DNA of 64,000 nucleotides, from positions 13,950,001 through 14,014,000 of the forward strand of contig NC_092672.1 in assembly GCF_964355755.1 (NCBI RefSeq), read 5' to 3'. The notes beneath the pieces were generated by a model. That model searched no databases, was not told where the DNA came from, and was given only the letters and a program-made list of their open reading frames with translations. Origin of the DNA: Antedon mediterranea. Its lineage: Eukaryota; Animalia; Echinodermata. Positions 47,976 to 60,405 of this stretch are shown in pieces. Numbering within the stretch: position 1 is the first letter of the stretch; each line of letters starts with the position of its first letter. Both the position numbers and the translations under genes were made by a program.

Positions 47976-50900
47976 ATGATGGAAGTATGTTTGAGATTAC
48001 CTAATGAGATGAAATACTTAGTTTTCCTATTTTTGGCATTAAGTTGTCATGTGACTGCAAAACCACCTAATATTGTATTTATATTGGCTGATGACTATGG
48101 TTACCATGACATTGGTTACCATCAGTCTGCCATCAAAACTCCCGTACTGGATAAACTTGCTGCTGAAGGGATAAAGCTTGAAAATTATTACGTCCAACCG
48201 ATTTGCTCGCCAACGCGGAGTCAACTTATGACAGGCAAATATCAGGTTTGTTTTAATCTTTTAGTGGTTTTGTACATTTTGACGGCAATTAAATAATAAT
48301 AATGTTCAATTTATATAGTGCAAAATGCAGTGTTATGTGTCTAAACGTACAGTAGGTCATCCTTTTGTTTAATTGTTGGAAATGTTCCAGGCAGAATTAG
48401 CAAATGTCTCAAAACCCCCTTTTTTTTTTATTACTTTTGAATAAAACAGGAAAATAAATGTAGGTCATATATGGCTAATATTTTACAACTACTGTACTAT
48501 GAATTGTTATAAATTAATGTTGTTATCCGAGAAGAGTGAGATTGCTTTATTGCTATTCCCTGTAATGACACCTTACCATGAAAGTGTACCGAGAGGATAT
48601 TTCACAATTTACTTGATTAAATTTACTGACATCATAACATTTTTGACTATAGATTCATACAGGTTTACAACACAGTATTATATGGTGTCCACAAACAAGT
48701 TGTATTCCTGATAATGATGTTACCATGGCACAAGGATTGAAGTCTCTTGGATATGCAACACATCTTGTTGGTAAATGGCATATTGGATTCTCAAGCAAAA
48801 AGTGCTGGCCAACAAGAAAAGGTTTTGACTCATTTTATGGTATGTGAATCCACTAGTTGGTTGACATCTTTAATAGTCTGTGGCACTAAGGGCCTGTTCG
48901 TAGGGGTTGAAAATACCAGCTTATTCCCGATTTCTGTTCGCGTGGCCCAATTAACTTTTGCCTCAGGCTACAAAAAATTCGAGGTAAAATGTTCACCAAA
49001 TTTGCAGGTTATTTCAGCGATAATCCAATTATACTCGGCCTTCGAGGATAATAAATCTCCGATAGAGGCAATGTGTCAAATTTTGACAAACGTTCGCTGC
49101 CTAGGCCCGTCATTTCTCCTACGAAGCTCTTCCATACACGCTTCGAGAGCGATCGTCAGCTGGTGCTGTCCTTGTTGGTGTAGACCGCTTAGTAGGCCTC
49201 TGGTCGGGGAGCCGCTGGTCGGTGGTGTTTCCGTCGTGTAACATTGGGCTCAAATTCTTCGTCAATGAGTAAAATAATGGTCGTCAGGAGAAGGCATATT
49301 TCGGCAGGATTATCGGCGTTAAGAGGCATAAGGTTTGTCGCAAGGATAAGCAGTGTAAAAGGTAGCAAGTAATTGAATATTGTAAAGAAAGATCGCGAGT
49401 AAAAAATATACAACACGAAACTAGCGTGCGAAAATGGGGTCGTAGGTTGTAAAGACAACTGACCTTAAAACGTAATTTCCGGTTTGTGATTCGTCGATTA
49501 AGCATTTAAGCGGTTAAATATTTCAAGTACGAACAACGCTCAATTTATAACCCGAGGCATGGGTGAAATTAAGCGCTTATTTTAACCACCGTACGAACAC
49601 GACCTAAGAATTGCTGCTGCACGCAATTACTCTAATTTATAACACACCTGATTGTATCCTTGCAATTTGATTGCTTAATTATGTGACATGTCATTCATCA
49701 TTAGCACAACCTAATGGAAAAGTGATGTCTAATGGTGATAATGCGCTCTAAGCTTTTTGTAAATATTTTGAAATATTCTCACTATCCAACTCATAAACAT
49801 TATTTATATATTAACAGTATATCATGACTAAACATGGATTAAATTTCACTACTTCTTCTACAACAATAATAATGAGGGCCTTAATTAATTGATAGGGTAT
49901 CTGACTGGTCAAGCCGATTATTACACTCACGTACAAGAGGGCGTATCCATGCCTGGATTTGACGTACCTGACGATTGGCATTACGGAGTTGACTTGCGAG
50001 ATAACGATAAACCAATCAAATCATTAAATGGTACTTATGGTACTTTCATCTGGAATGACAAAGCTCATGATGTTATTATGAACCATAATACTTCAAAGGT
50101 AAATACGGAGTGGAAGACAGCAGAAATTTATACCAAAGGTTAATCTGTACAATACAGTACGCAGTAATACACCATTCAGTTCATTGTTGCAAATTGTTCA
50201 AGTTTATTTTCTTTCAAAAGAAAAGATTGTTTACATTGACTACCTGTTATAGTGGCCAAATCTAGCATAATTATGCTATCTAGCATAATTTTGACCCACC
50301 TAGCATAAATGCTAGGTATAGTTTTAGTTAATTCTAGCATAATATGGCATACTTCTGAAAAATCAATTCTGAAGCATATTTCCCATAATCTAACATTTTT
50401 TCTAAAAAAATCTAGCATAATTGTAACCAAAACTCTGGCATAATTTGGCCAAAAACCTGCGTTTTCCTTTTGTAGTACATCCAGGACAACATATTGAAAT
50501 ACCACCCTCTGATACAATGTTTTTGTAACATTTTGACCATAATAGTGCCTAGCATAACCTGGCATAATTTTGTGCTGCCACCTAACATAATTTTGTTTTC
50601 ATCGCTGGCCACCCTGACCTTTTTTAATCAGAATTAATTTGTTAAATTTCTTATGAATACAATACACTTATTTAAATAGCCGTTGTTCTTGTATATGGCC
50701 CTTCAAGCAGTGCATGCTCCATTGCAAGTACCTGAGCATTATAAAAAGCCATATGAATACATCAAAGACAGTAACAGAAGCACATATGCAGGCATGGTAG
50801 CTTCCATGGATGAGGCTGTTGGAAATTTAACACAATCATTAAAAAACAAAGGGTTATGGGATAATACTATTATTGTATTCTCAACAGGTATGTAACCAGC

Positions 50901-53900
50901 TGTTTGTTTTTATATATTAACTTTAATTCAAATAAAATTTCAATTTGGATTGAACTAAAAGAGATCATTAATTATATGCATACTCTTGAATTACTGTATT
51001 GTAATGGTTATTTGCCAGCATTTTAAAATTAAAACTAAATTTGTTTTTAATTTTTTAACAGAAATACACCTTTTACTGTAGCTTAGTTCTCTAGAGATAG
51101 TCAATTGACTTTTTTGAGCAATGTCAAAATCAGTCCAACCATAATTTCAAAAATGTACATTGTTGTTATAATATTATGTTCATTTTGTGTAATTAAAATG
51201 CAGTAAAAACTATCTATACAAAATAACTTGATTTATCCATTAACCTTTAAAGTCAAGGTAGATATGTACCATTTCATGTCTAAAGTAATTAACCATTTTA
51301 TTGCTTAGATTGATGTATAAGAACTATTTTACATGCCCAAGCTCGTTCAATGACCCTTCCATTATAATATTTACTGCAAGCTCATATACCTTTAAACCTG
51401 TATTGTAAATCTGACAGATAACGGAGGTGAAATTCACCTAGGTGGTAACAATTGGCCTCTTAGAGGTTGGAAGCATTCATTATGGGAAGGAGGAATACAT
51501 GGTGTTGGTTTTGTAAGTGGTCCTTTGATACCAAAATCAGTTCAGGGAAGTGTATACAATGGTCTGATGCATGTTAGTGACTGGTTCCCAACTCTAGTTC
51601 AAGGTGTAGCTGGTGGTGACCTTCATGACCTCAAGCTTGATGGACATGACATGTGGACAAGTATTTGGTAAATATGTTTTCTAAAAATGTTATGGTCTAT
51701 AGTATATATATAAAACTGTGTTCACACACTAGAGTTAAGCCTGCATATGAGTTATTGCATTGGTAAAAATAACCATGCAGGCTACAGAAGTCCAATCCGA
51801 ACATGCAACCTCATCGTTTTTAATTTCCCAGTTAAAGTTTGTTAAAACTATGTTAAAAAACTAAATTATCATATTGCGAACAATGACCAAATTTATTGAT
51901 GGTCTTGGATAAAGTTATCTTGGTTACAAGTACAGTGTGAACAAGGCTTTAGTTGGTATTTAACTCTGAAAGAGTGTATAAACACAGCTTTAACTCACCG
52001 TACACCACTCAAAATGAGTGGTGTAAGAGGCTGCTGGGCCGGTCGTGGCCATCTAGTAGCCTCCCTCGTCTTCTGAAATTGTCTTTTAAATAGTATGGTA
52101 GTGTCAACTTCTACTGTACTGGCAGGGACAGCATTCCATGAATTTTTGACTCGTTGGGTAAAAAACATTTGTATATTATTGTGAAGTGAACTATTAGGTG
52201 ACCGGTAGACAATACCAATAATGGCTTTCCGACGCTCCTTTAAGTGGATTTCAGCCCAAACAGAATTGGTGAAATCCTGTGAAATATCACCTAAATCTGT
52301 TGCAACAATAGATTCCTTAACATAAAGTAAGTTCCCACCACCTCGCCCATCTTTAGGTACTTTAGATGCTTTAATGATTGAAACAAATTCAATTAAATAC
52401 AGTAATACATTTATTCAAAATTTATCAATTACATTTAGAAAAAAGTTTCTTATTCCCTATATCATCAACATAACTAAAATGAGCAATTTATCTGTGTTTA
52501 GAAATGTATTCACGTAATGTGTGACAAATAGATTGTTTTTACTCCTTTATAATAATAGTAATGGAACAGATTCACCAAGAAAAGAAATACTTCATAACAT
52601 TGATCCTCTTCAGCCTCGGCCATTTCCTAATAAGATGACAGGATCTCAACATACATCAGCAATGTTTGATACCACTATTAGAGCTGCTATCAGAGTTGGT
52701 GACTGGAAATTACTTACTGGTGATCCAGGTTTGTTAATTTAATAATATTAATAATAAGTAAAATTTTGAATGAGGGTACGTTTATTGTAAATACATAATA
52801 TAAAAATAACGCTTAAAAGAGAACGACGTTTCGACTCCATCATGGGGTCATTATCAAGTCCAATGAATAAAATATAAAACAACAACTAATTAAGTAGCAC
52901 AAGCCAAGGGTCAAAGTTTAAATAACAAAAGACCTATTGTCTAACATCCTGTCAAATGAAAAGCTTAGCTTTTACAGAGTCACTTTGTTTATTCAGACTA
53001 GGTTTTAATTGTCTGATATACAAGTAAAATTATAAGGTTAACTAGATTTGAACTCGTCACTACGGACGAGTTAGGTTATCCGCAGAGCAAACGCCACGTG
53101 CACGTCATACGTTAGAATATTGCGCAGAGAAAACCATTATGCCATTGAAAAAATGTTAGTGCGCTCTCTATTTTACGTCACGTCTAAGTATACACAGTAT
53201 ACACTATATATTGTATACGTACTACATACAGTGAAGAATATGTGAAAATAAGTGGCCCAAGTTATTGACGCTTTTGGACATGATGACGTCATCACAATTT
53301 AAAAAACGGTATATCATGCGAAAGATAATTGATTGGCATAGACAATATAAAAAAATGGGGAGAAATGGAATTAGGATAAGTGGAGATGCGCTCTATTAAA
53401 TGTGATGAGCTATGACGAAAGAGACAAAAATCCTATATTTTATATTTGAGTGGCCATACGATGACGTCACTATGTCCTGTTAGCCATATCGATGCATGAT
53501 TCGATATCTGCAACTCATCAACTTCCAGAATGTGTAATTTAAAAAAAGTTCACCTCGTAGTTTACAATCTATGACTGTTTTTAAAAAGGCATAATTTTCA
53601 TGAATTTTTGAACTTTTTCATCAAAAACGCGCGCAAATTGTTCAATTCTACGTGCTCGTATGAGGTGATTTTAAGTCGAAATTGTTTGAAAGTTGGTAAA
53701 TTTACTAAAAAAGATAGGAAAAACAAAAATCAAGCAAAAAAAAGATGTTTTTGCGCTACGTGCGCACGCGCGCGTAAAAAAATTGCGCACGCGTGGGAAT
53801 TTCTGAAATGCTCAAAATGACCTGAAACGCGTAGAAAGTTGATTAGAAAATGAATTTTCGCATTTTGAAATTTTAAACGCGCGTGCGCGCGTAACTTTTT

Positions 53901-54185
53901 GGAAAACTGCCATTTTAAATCCATAGAAAGTTAGCGCATGATATAAATTACACTTTTGCCAAGTTTCAATTAAAATTGCTTTTTGGTTTTCAATCTATGT
54001 TAAATACGCAAAATTCACAAAATCGCGCGTAACTAACGCTGCGCGACTCTAAAGTCAAAAAACGAAACGTCCTGCACATCTACAGCTACAGGTCAATCTT
54101 ATGAAAAAGTTACACAATCTTCTGTTTGCCAGAATTAGAGATACGCTGCCAACAAAATTCAGGGAAAGAAAGAAGAATAACATAG

Positions 54186-54219
<34 letters not shown>

Positions 54220-55880
54220 TCCTGACAATAACAAGGGGTTATCCGCCAAGAGCGGATAACCAATAAAATGTTTGATTTTTGTATTTAGCATATTTAAAAT
54301 GTTTATGAACTGCGAGTGATAGTAGATACGCAACTGGATAAATACAGCAGATTCCCAATATTTTGAGTGATCTACTTACCGTCTTCTAATAAATGAACAA
54401 TTTCTCCCGATTGTTTTGGAGATAATAGACAAAATAACATTCATATAATAAAATAAATTTACTATTTTAGTCTCTTTTGGTTACCAAAATGGAAAAATAT
54501 GTTGGTGACACGTTTTGAAAAGCACAAGGGTGCAGGTCAAGTCGGCCTTAAACTGTCTTGGCAAAAGTCAGCCCCACGTCAAGTCGGCCCTGAGTGAAGT
54601 CGACCTAATAAAGTATGGAATGCAAAAAGTGCTAATAGTTAATATCAAAATGGCAGGATTTAGGCCTAATAACAAAATAAAACACAACCAGGGGCCGGTG
54701 GTATTTACTTACTTGAAAAAAGGTATAATTTAAAGCAAAAAAGTAATCAAATTTGCTGCCAGCCAATGAGTTTTTGGTTGAATTTAACTTTTTTTTTATT
54801 TTATATAAGTGAAAACATTTTTTAGGCCTATTAAAGCAAGTTGTTTTTATTTTCTATGGAAGTAATTAACTTTATTAAACTACAAAATGACCTATTCAAA
54901 GTCTGATTTAATTAATCTTCATTTTTCAGGTTTAGCCCAATAATATAATAATAGGCCCCATGCCTTTAATAAAGAAAAAGTGAAATTATTCTTATTATTT
55001 TTGTTGTTAAAGTATTAGGCCTAGACCTATTGTCATTTATATAAATATTATTCATTAAAAAGTTATTCCTGTGTAAAAAAAATGTGAAGAAATATTTAAT
55101 ATTATTTTATCAATTCGCTTTGTTTGCACTTTTTGAGTTCCATACTTTATTGGAGGCCGAGTTGATCGATTATTTTTTGGCTGAGTTGACATGAGGCCGA
55201 CTTGACTTGGTTCCGAGTTGCCTCTGGACCGACTTGACTGGCTGAGAATGTTTAGGGCCGACTTGGATAGAATTATTTTTAAAGTACTATAGATTCTGCT
55301 GTATGTTTGCATTATTGTTTCTGCCTGTATGGTTTGGCCAAATTTTTGTTTAAATCTTCTTCTTGAACCTAGTAGCATCACAGCATAGACTTTTTTATAT
55401 TAGTCCACAATTCAAATTTTTGCCTGGAAAGCTCAAACATTATACATATGAAACTCCATGTGTGCGAAAATATTGATCTTTTTTCCATTATTAAGTTGAA
55501 ATTCAGTTTAGAACCTAGACTACATTCACTAATAAAATAATTGTTTGTGTGTAATTAAAAGGTTGCTATTTCTATTAAAAAGCATTAATTATTATTTTGC
55601 AGGTAATTCAAGTTGGATAGCACCACCAGAGTCCAATATAAAGGCACCTGTACCAACCGACCCCAAAGGAAAATTCTTATGGCTATTCAACATTAAGGAT
55701 GATCCGAATGAATATAATGATTTATCTGCCCTCAGACCCGACATAGTCTATCAACTAACAGAACGCCTTGCATTTTATGCAAATTCATCATTGCCTGTTT
55801 TTTTTCCACCACCTGATGTTAGATCTAATCCAGCACTTCACGATGATATGTGGAGCGATTGGATTTATGATAAAGAGTAA
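47976..55880 (+). CDS. ARSB: Arylsulfatase B/I/J-like type I sulfatase, 7 coding exons, about 510-521 aa
   Basis: Exons 47976 (or ATG 48009)-48245, 48653-48839, 49896-50098, 50680-50887, 51418-51667, 52559-52728, 55603-55880, phase-consistent. Signal peptide [30 protein letters not shown], formylglycine motif [63 protein letters not shown]. Exact orthology within ARSB/I/J is uncertain. Confidence 0.9.
48890..49604. mobile_element. PIF/Harbinger-like non-autonomous element
   Basis: TAA at 48887-48889 and 49605-49607; imperfect inverted termini GGGCCTGTTCGTAGGGGTTGAAAATA vs GGTCGTGTTCGTACGGTGGTTAAAATA; GC/CpG-rich interior. Confidence 0.75.
50245..50617. mobile_element. hAT-like MITE remnant with TAGCATAAT sub-repeats
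   Basis: Right end TGGCCACCCTG (CAGGGTGGCCA on -); about 8 dispersed (T/G)GCATAA(T) motifs. Confidence 0.45.
52000..52260 (-). mobile_element. CR1-like LINE 3' relic
   Basis: Minus strand [21 protein letters not shown] resembles the CR1 ORF2 terminal FF..RV...WN.LP motif. Confidence 0.5.
52790..53025 (-). mobile_element. Penelope-like element 3' end
   Basis: 53023-52952 encodes [23 protein letters not shown], resembling the C-terminus of Penelope GIY-YIG ORFs; followed by a hammerhead-type motif. Confidence 0.7.
52821..52861 (-). ncRNA. Minimal type I hammerhead ribozyme motif (U3-A8 variant)
   Basis: GGAC-TTGATAA-T-GACCCC-ATGAT-GGAGTC-GAA-ACGT-C-GTTC: stem I GGAC/GTTC, stem II, GAAA core, palindromic ACGT stem III, GUC site. 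Confidence 0.6.
53039..54266. mobile_element. Helentron/DINE-1-like (HINE) non-autonomous rolling-circle element
   Basis: Starts AACTAGA; subterminal GGTTATCCGC 53074-53083 is inverted to GCGGATAACC 54252-54261, which also forms a hairpin with GGTTATCCGC 54237-54246; second hairpin AACTCGTC/GACGAGTT; A-tract near the end; no target duplication. Confidence 0.65.
54533..55266. mobile_element. Foldback-like element with modular inverted arms
   Basis: Left arm has repeated CAAGTCGGCC then AATAAAGTATGGAA..CAAAAAGTGC; the right arm 55125-55266 is the reverse complement (GCACTTTTTGAGTTCCATACTTTATT, repeated GGCCGACTTG). Confidence 0.65.
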
Positions 55881-57149
55881 ATTTATAAAATTCATATTTT
55901 GAGAAAAAGCAATCATAGTAAACTTACAGTTACTAGTATGGTTTCTTTGAAATTTCAGATCATGCATCATTTTTGTTTAAAGGCCAGGTGCGGGCAAACA
56001 TTTCTATTTATCATACTTTCTAATAATTATCAATTTATAATTTCACATATGTTTCATAATTGTGGGATTGAGTGGGGAGTTCAAATTACACAGTAATAGT
56101 TTGTATATAGAGAGGTACAGTATTTTGAAACATAACAGTGTGGTAAAAAATATGAGATGACTAAATATAGCTAAATATAACTCGAATTTTACGTTTCTGG
56201 TGTTTCTATGCAACTGAAGATTTTTATTTCCGTGGTATAGCGAAAATTATTAACTGTATACCCACTATTTTTTTCACTTTCTAGGGAGTCACCGGACATG
56301 TTATTACATTAGGTTAAACTACCTAACTACTGAAAACAAGTCTGGTTTTTATACCAGAATTTTGCCAAATTTTATATTTGACCATATTAAGAGAAATTCA
56401 TGTTTTTTTCGTTGTCATTTATGTTACACTTATTTGTTTTATGTACATTTGGCCAGATATTATATTTAAAATTCATGCCTCTGTACCTGAGCTTTAAATC
56501 TCACAATATTATATTCTATATTGAAGGGTTAGTGTTACCTGAAGGTTTTGCAATTTCTTTCAGGCTGCTTTTATTTGTCTATATTGGTTTCTCAATTGAG
56601 ATCCAGCAACTGATACCCACTGTCATTGTAATTTTTTCAATTAATAGCCTTTGGATTTATTTGTAATAGATAGATATTTTTATATATTTTATAATGCAAT
56701 TAAGAAATTAAGTATATGATTTTTCTTGGTACCGTCTGAAAACTGGTCTTCCACTAGATGACTTTATGCGCATATGAATATGTATGTATGTATTCAGGCT
56801 TTAGATACAGTTTGCAATTTATTGTTATAACGATTTTGTGACACACCGAATCAGTAGTACTAGTTGGCTGATGTGTATTATTTGCCTCCCACCAATAATG
56901 TTATTCCCTGATTTTAAACATTTTTGAAAATCATCAGGAAGAATATAGGATTGTTGCAATAGACTGTCAAATAAGAAAGTTGCTCATCACATTCCAATTT
57001 CATTGTCGTATATTTTTATTTATGTGAAAATTACTGGTGATTCAGATACAATAAAATTGATAACAAGGATATTGCATGTTCTTATGGTCATTTGTTTTTG
57101 TTTTGTTTGGTGGGTTCGTCCACTTTTTTTTCAATTCGCTGTTATAAAT

Positions 57150-57790
57150 GTATTATCTTACTTGAATCTTACTTGAATCTTCGGGCTCTTGATTAAGGCA
57201 AATGCCTTTTAAACGCCCTCCATTTCTTCTGTATTTACCTAGAATTGGTAGCAAAATTTATCTCCCATTGCTCTGTCTTTGTTTAGTTGATCCTTGAATG
57301 CATTTATGTTTTCTGCTTGTACTGTAGTGTGGTATAGATTGTTACGATTCTACATGAAAAGGAGTGGCTTCTGATTTTCAGTCGGGCTCTTGGCTTTCTT
57401 AATTTGAATTGATGGCCCCTTGTTCTACTGTCCTCTCTAAAGTCAAAAAAGGTTTCGGCTTCAATATCATCCAAGCCCTTGATAATTTTAAACACTTGTA
57501 TAATGTCCGCTCTCCTTCTTCTGTAATTCAGTGTAGGTAATCCAAGCTCTTTTAATCTCTGATCGTAAGATTTATCTCTTAACTTTTTGACAATTTTAGT
57601 GGCCCTACGCTGCACTCTTTCAAGCTTATCCAAATCACCTTTTAGGAGAGGGTACCATATACAGCTTGCGTATTCCAGATGAGGTCGAATTATACTTTTA
57701 TAAAGGGGCAGGAACATATCCTTATCCATGTAAGCAAAAGATCGCCTTACCAATCCAATGAGTCTATTTGCTTTATTTACAGCTTCATTT
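57150..57790 (-). mobile_element. CR1 LINE 3' fragment (5'-truncated)
   Basis: KANRLIGLVRRSF...LYKSIIRPHLEYASCIW...LERVQRRATK...TRGHQFKL; short tandem tail (ATTCAAGTAAG)2 on -. Confidence 0.85.
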
Positions 57791-57837
57791 CTCATATATA
57801 TATGAGAAAAGAAATGTGCTGCATAGGCAGGATCATG

Positions 57838-57931
57838 TATAAAAATAAAACGGACAAAGTTTTATTCTGCCTCAAAATTAAATGTATTATTTGAGGCAGA
57901 AACAAGAACTCTGTCTGTTTTATTTTTATTA
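57838..57931. repeat. ~95-bp imperfect palindrome (MITE-like)
   Basis: TAAAAATAAAACGGACAAAGTT..TCTGCCTCAAA / TTTGAGGCAGA..AACTCTGTCTGTTTTATTTTTA. Confidence 0.6.
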
Positions 57932-58135
57932 TATATATGAATATTTGTGCAATGAAATACTTTCTTTCATTTGTATGCTACACAAAGATTCTTACAATGT
58001 TAAAAGTACAGTAGTTGAAACACATGCATATTTATGTAAGATGACAAGATGATTGATTTCAATAATAATTTTTGAATTTAATTAAAATGTATCATTGCAA
58101 AAAATAGGTGATTTACAAATAATTATTCTTTTGTT

Positions 58136-58190
58136 CTGGTACCAGGCATCAGTCATTTCGATGGCGTGGGTTTGAATCCCACCACTGCCA
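58136..58190 (+). pseudogene. tRNA-Leu 3'-half pseudogene (outlying array unit)
   Basis: CAGTCATTTCGATGGCGTGGGTTTGAATCCCACCACTGCCA followed by a decayed spacer. Confidence 0.8.
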
Positions 58191-58371
58191 ATATTTTTAT
58201 GGGCTCATATAAACATACAAATGATGATAAAATTATAAAACTCATGACAAACCAAAACCATTTTTTGCTTTGTGTAAATAAATAAATGAATGAATTTTTA
58301 TGATTGATCATAAAAGTAGAATTCATATCAATGGCAAACTTTTTGTGGATAAAAAATGTACAGTGTTGTAC

Positions 58372-58610
58372 ACAAAGTTACGCGCGCACGCGCATTTAAA
58401 ATTTCAAAATGCGCATTTAAAATTTCAAAATGCGCAAAATTAATTTCTAATCAACTTTCTACGCGAATCATGACATTTTAACAATGTCAAAATTACCACG
58501 CACGCGCTTTTTTAAAGCCGATTTTCCACTAGGCAAATTTGTTCGCGCGAATCCAACGTTTCGAAGAGGAAAAAATCGCCAACTCTCTACATGTAAATAG
58601 CTGCGACGTT
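58372..58610 (-). mobile_element. Internal fragment related to the element at 53039-54266
   Basis: AAGTTACGCGCGCACGCG..TTTAAAATTTCAAAATGCG..TTCTAATCAACTTTCTACGCG is the reverse complement of ~53828-53897. Confidence 0.7.
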
Positions 58611-58679
58611 CATGTATTATATGGACTTTAGTAATTATACAATACAGTGGTTTAAAAGCTACCTTTCTGAAAGATCCCA

Positions 58680-59063
58680 ATTCACAAATGTCAATGATAT
58701 GTTATCTGAACGTACGGTCATCAAATGCGGGGTGCCCCAGGGTTCAATCGTCGGCCCTTTGGCTTTCCTTATAATTATATATAAATGATATGCCACATGT
58801 TGTTAACAAGTGTAAACTTAGTATGTATGCAGACGACACTATTGTGTATTATGCATCAGAAAATGAAAAGTATCAAACAATAAATATGACCTTATTAGCT
58901 GAAGAATAACAAACGAAGTCTTAACATCTTAAAATCAGAATTTATGCTAATAGGATCAAGTCAGAAACTCTCCAAAATTGAAAACAAGGAACGTTCTGTC
59001 CACATGCTACAGTAAACTTCTTGGTGTAAATTGATGAAACGCTAAGCTGGAAATACCAAGTTG
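58680..59063 (+). mobile_element. Decayed LINE reverse-transcriptase core fragment (CR1/L2 group)
   Basis: CGVPQGSIVGPLAF, YINDMP, SMYADDT motifs; frameshifted. Confidence 0.8.
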
Positions 59064-59231
59064 AAGCGCTGGTTTTAAGCACCAATCATTTCGATGGCGT
59101 GGGTTAAAATCCCACAGCTGCCAATATTCATTTACCGGATCACTTGGCCTACATAACGTAATAATGATATAATGTAAATATTCATGAGAAATACCGAAAC
59201 CATTTTTCTAACTAATTGGGACAACATTCAA

Positions 59232-59313
59232 GGTAGCGTAGACGAGCGGTCTAAGGCGCTGGTCTTAGGCACAAGTCATTTCGATGGCGTGGGTTCGAAT
59301 CCCACCGCTGCCA
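59232..59313 (+). tRNA. tRNA-Leu(TAG), divergent, possibly pseudo
   Basis: Loop CTTAGGC; substitutions in the A box and anticodon stem. Confidence 0.65.
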
Positions 59314-59414
59314 TGTTCTTTTTACCGGCTCATTCATAACGAACAAATGATATAATGTAAAAATTCATTAGAAATACCGAAACCATTTTTCTAAATAAAT
59401 TTACCAAATTGCAA

Positions 59415-59496
59415 GGTAGCGTGGCCGAGCGGTCTAAGGCGCTGGTTTTAGGCACCAGTCATTTCGATGGCGTGGGTTCGAATCCCACCGCTGCCA
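59415..59496 (+). tRNA. tRNA-Leu(TAG)
   Basis: GGTAGCGTGGCCGAGCGGTCTAAGGCG-CTGGT-TTTAGGC-ACCAG-long variable arm-GTGGGTTCGAATCCCAC-CGCTGCCA. Confidence 0.92.
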
Positions 59497-59598
59497 ATAT
59501 TCTTTTACCGGCTTATTACCTAACGTACAAATGATATATTGTAAAATTTCATAAGAAATACCTCAACCATTTGTCTAACTAAATGTGACAACATTCAA

Positions 59599-59680
59599 GG
59601 TAGCGTGGCCGAGCGGTCTAAGGCGGTGATTTAAGGCACCAGTCATTTCGATGGTGTGGGTTCGAATCACACCGCAGCCA
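59599..59680 (+). tRNA. tRNA-Leu(AAG), divergent, possibly pseudo
   Basis: Loop TTAAGGC; several stem mismatches. Confidence 0.6.
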
Positions 59681-59782
59681 ATATTCTTTTACCGGCTCAC
59701 TACATAACGTACAAATGATATAATGTAAAAAATCATTAGAAATACAGAAACCATTTTTCTAACTAAATTTACCAACATTTAA

Positions 59783-59864
59783 GGTAGCGTGGCCGACCGG
59801 TCTAAGGCGCTGGTTTTAGGCACCAGTCATTTCGATGGCGTGGGTTCGAATCCCACCGCTGCCA
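59783..59864 (+). tRNA. tRNA-Leu(TAG)
   Basis: Loop TTTAGGC; one D-loop change. Confidence 0.85.
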
Positions 59865-59955
59865 ATATTCTCTTACAGGCTCATTACCTAACGTACAAAT
59901 GATATATTGTAAAATTTCATGAGAATTACCTAAACCATTTTCTAACAAAATTCAA

Positions 59956-60037
59956 GGTAGCGTGGCTGAGCGGTCTAAGGCGCTGGTTTAAGGCACCAGT
60001 CATTTCGATGGAGTGGGTTCGTATCACACCGCTGCCA
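59956..60037 (+). tRNA. tRNA-Leu(AAG), divergent
   Basis: Loop TTAAGGC; T-loop and T-stem changes (GTTCGTATCAC). Confidence 0.6.
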
Positions 60038-60139
60038 AAATTCTTTTACCGGCTCACCACATAACGTACAAATGATATAATGTAAAAAGTCATTAGCAAT
60101 ACCGAAACCTTTTTTCTAACTAAATGTGACAACATTCAA

Positions 60140-60221
60140 GGTAGCGTGGCCGAGCGGTCTAAGGCGCTGGTTTAAGGCACCAGTCATTTCGATGGCGTGG
60201 GTTCGAATCCCACCGCTGCCA
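60140..60221 (+). tRNA. tRNA-Leu(AAG)
   Basis: Consensus body, loop TTAAGGC. Confidence 0.92.
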
Positions 60222-60323
60222 ATATTCTTTTACCGGCTAACTACATAACGTACAAATGATATAATGTAAAAATTCATTAGAAATACCGAAACCTTTTTTG
60301 TAAATAAATGTGACAACATTCAA

Positions 60324-60405
60324 GGTAGCGTGGCCGAGCGGTCTAAGGCGCTGGCTTAAGGCACCAGTCATTTCGATGGCGTGTGTTCGAATCCCACCGC
60401 TGCCA
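60324..60405 (+). tRNA. tRNA-Leu(AAG), variant
   Basis: CTGGC-TTAAGGC-ACCAG; T-stem mismatch. Confidence 0.7.

Noticed and set aside
48747-49505. ORFs of 164, 89 and 73 aa
   Set aside because: Off-frame read-through of a sulfatase exon into a GC-rich MITE; no recognisable domain.
53608-55381. Several 64-108 aa ORFs
   Set aside because: All fall within non-autonomous repeat elements and lack protein motifs.
59064-59123. tRNA-Leu with TAA anticodon (loop TTTAAGC)
   Set aside because: The copy is 5'-truncated with a broken T loop; most simply a decayed TAG unit.
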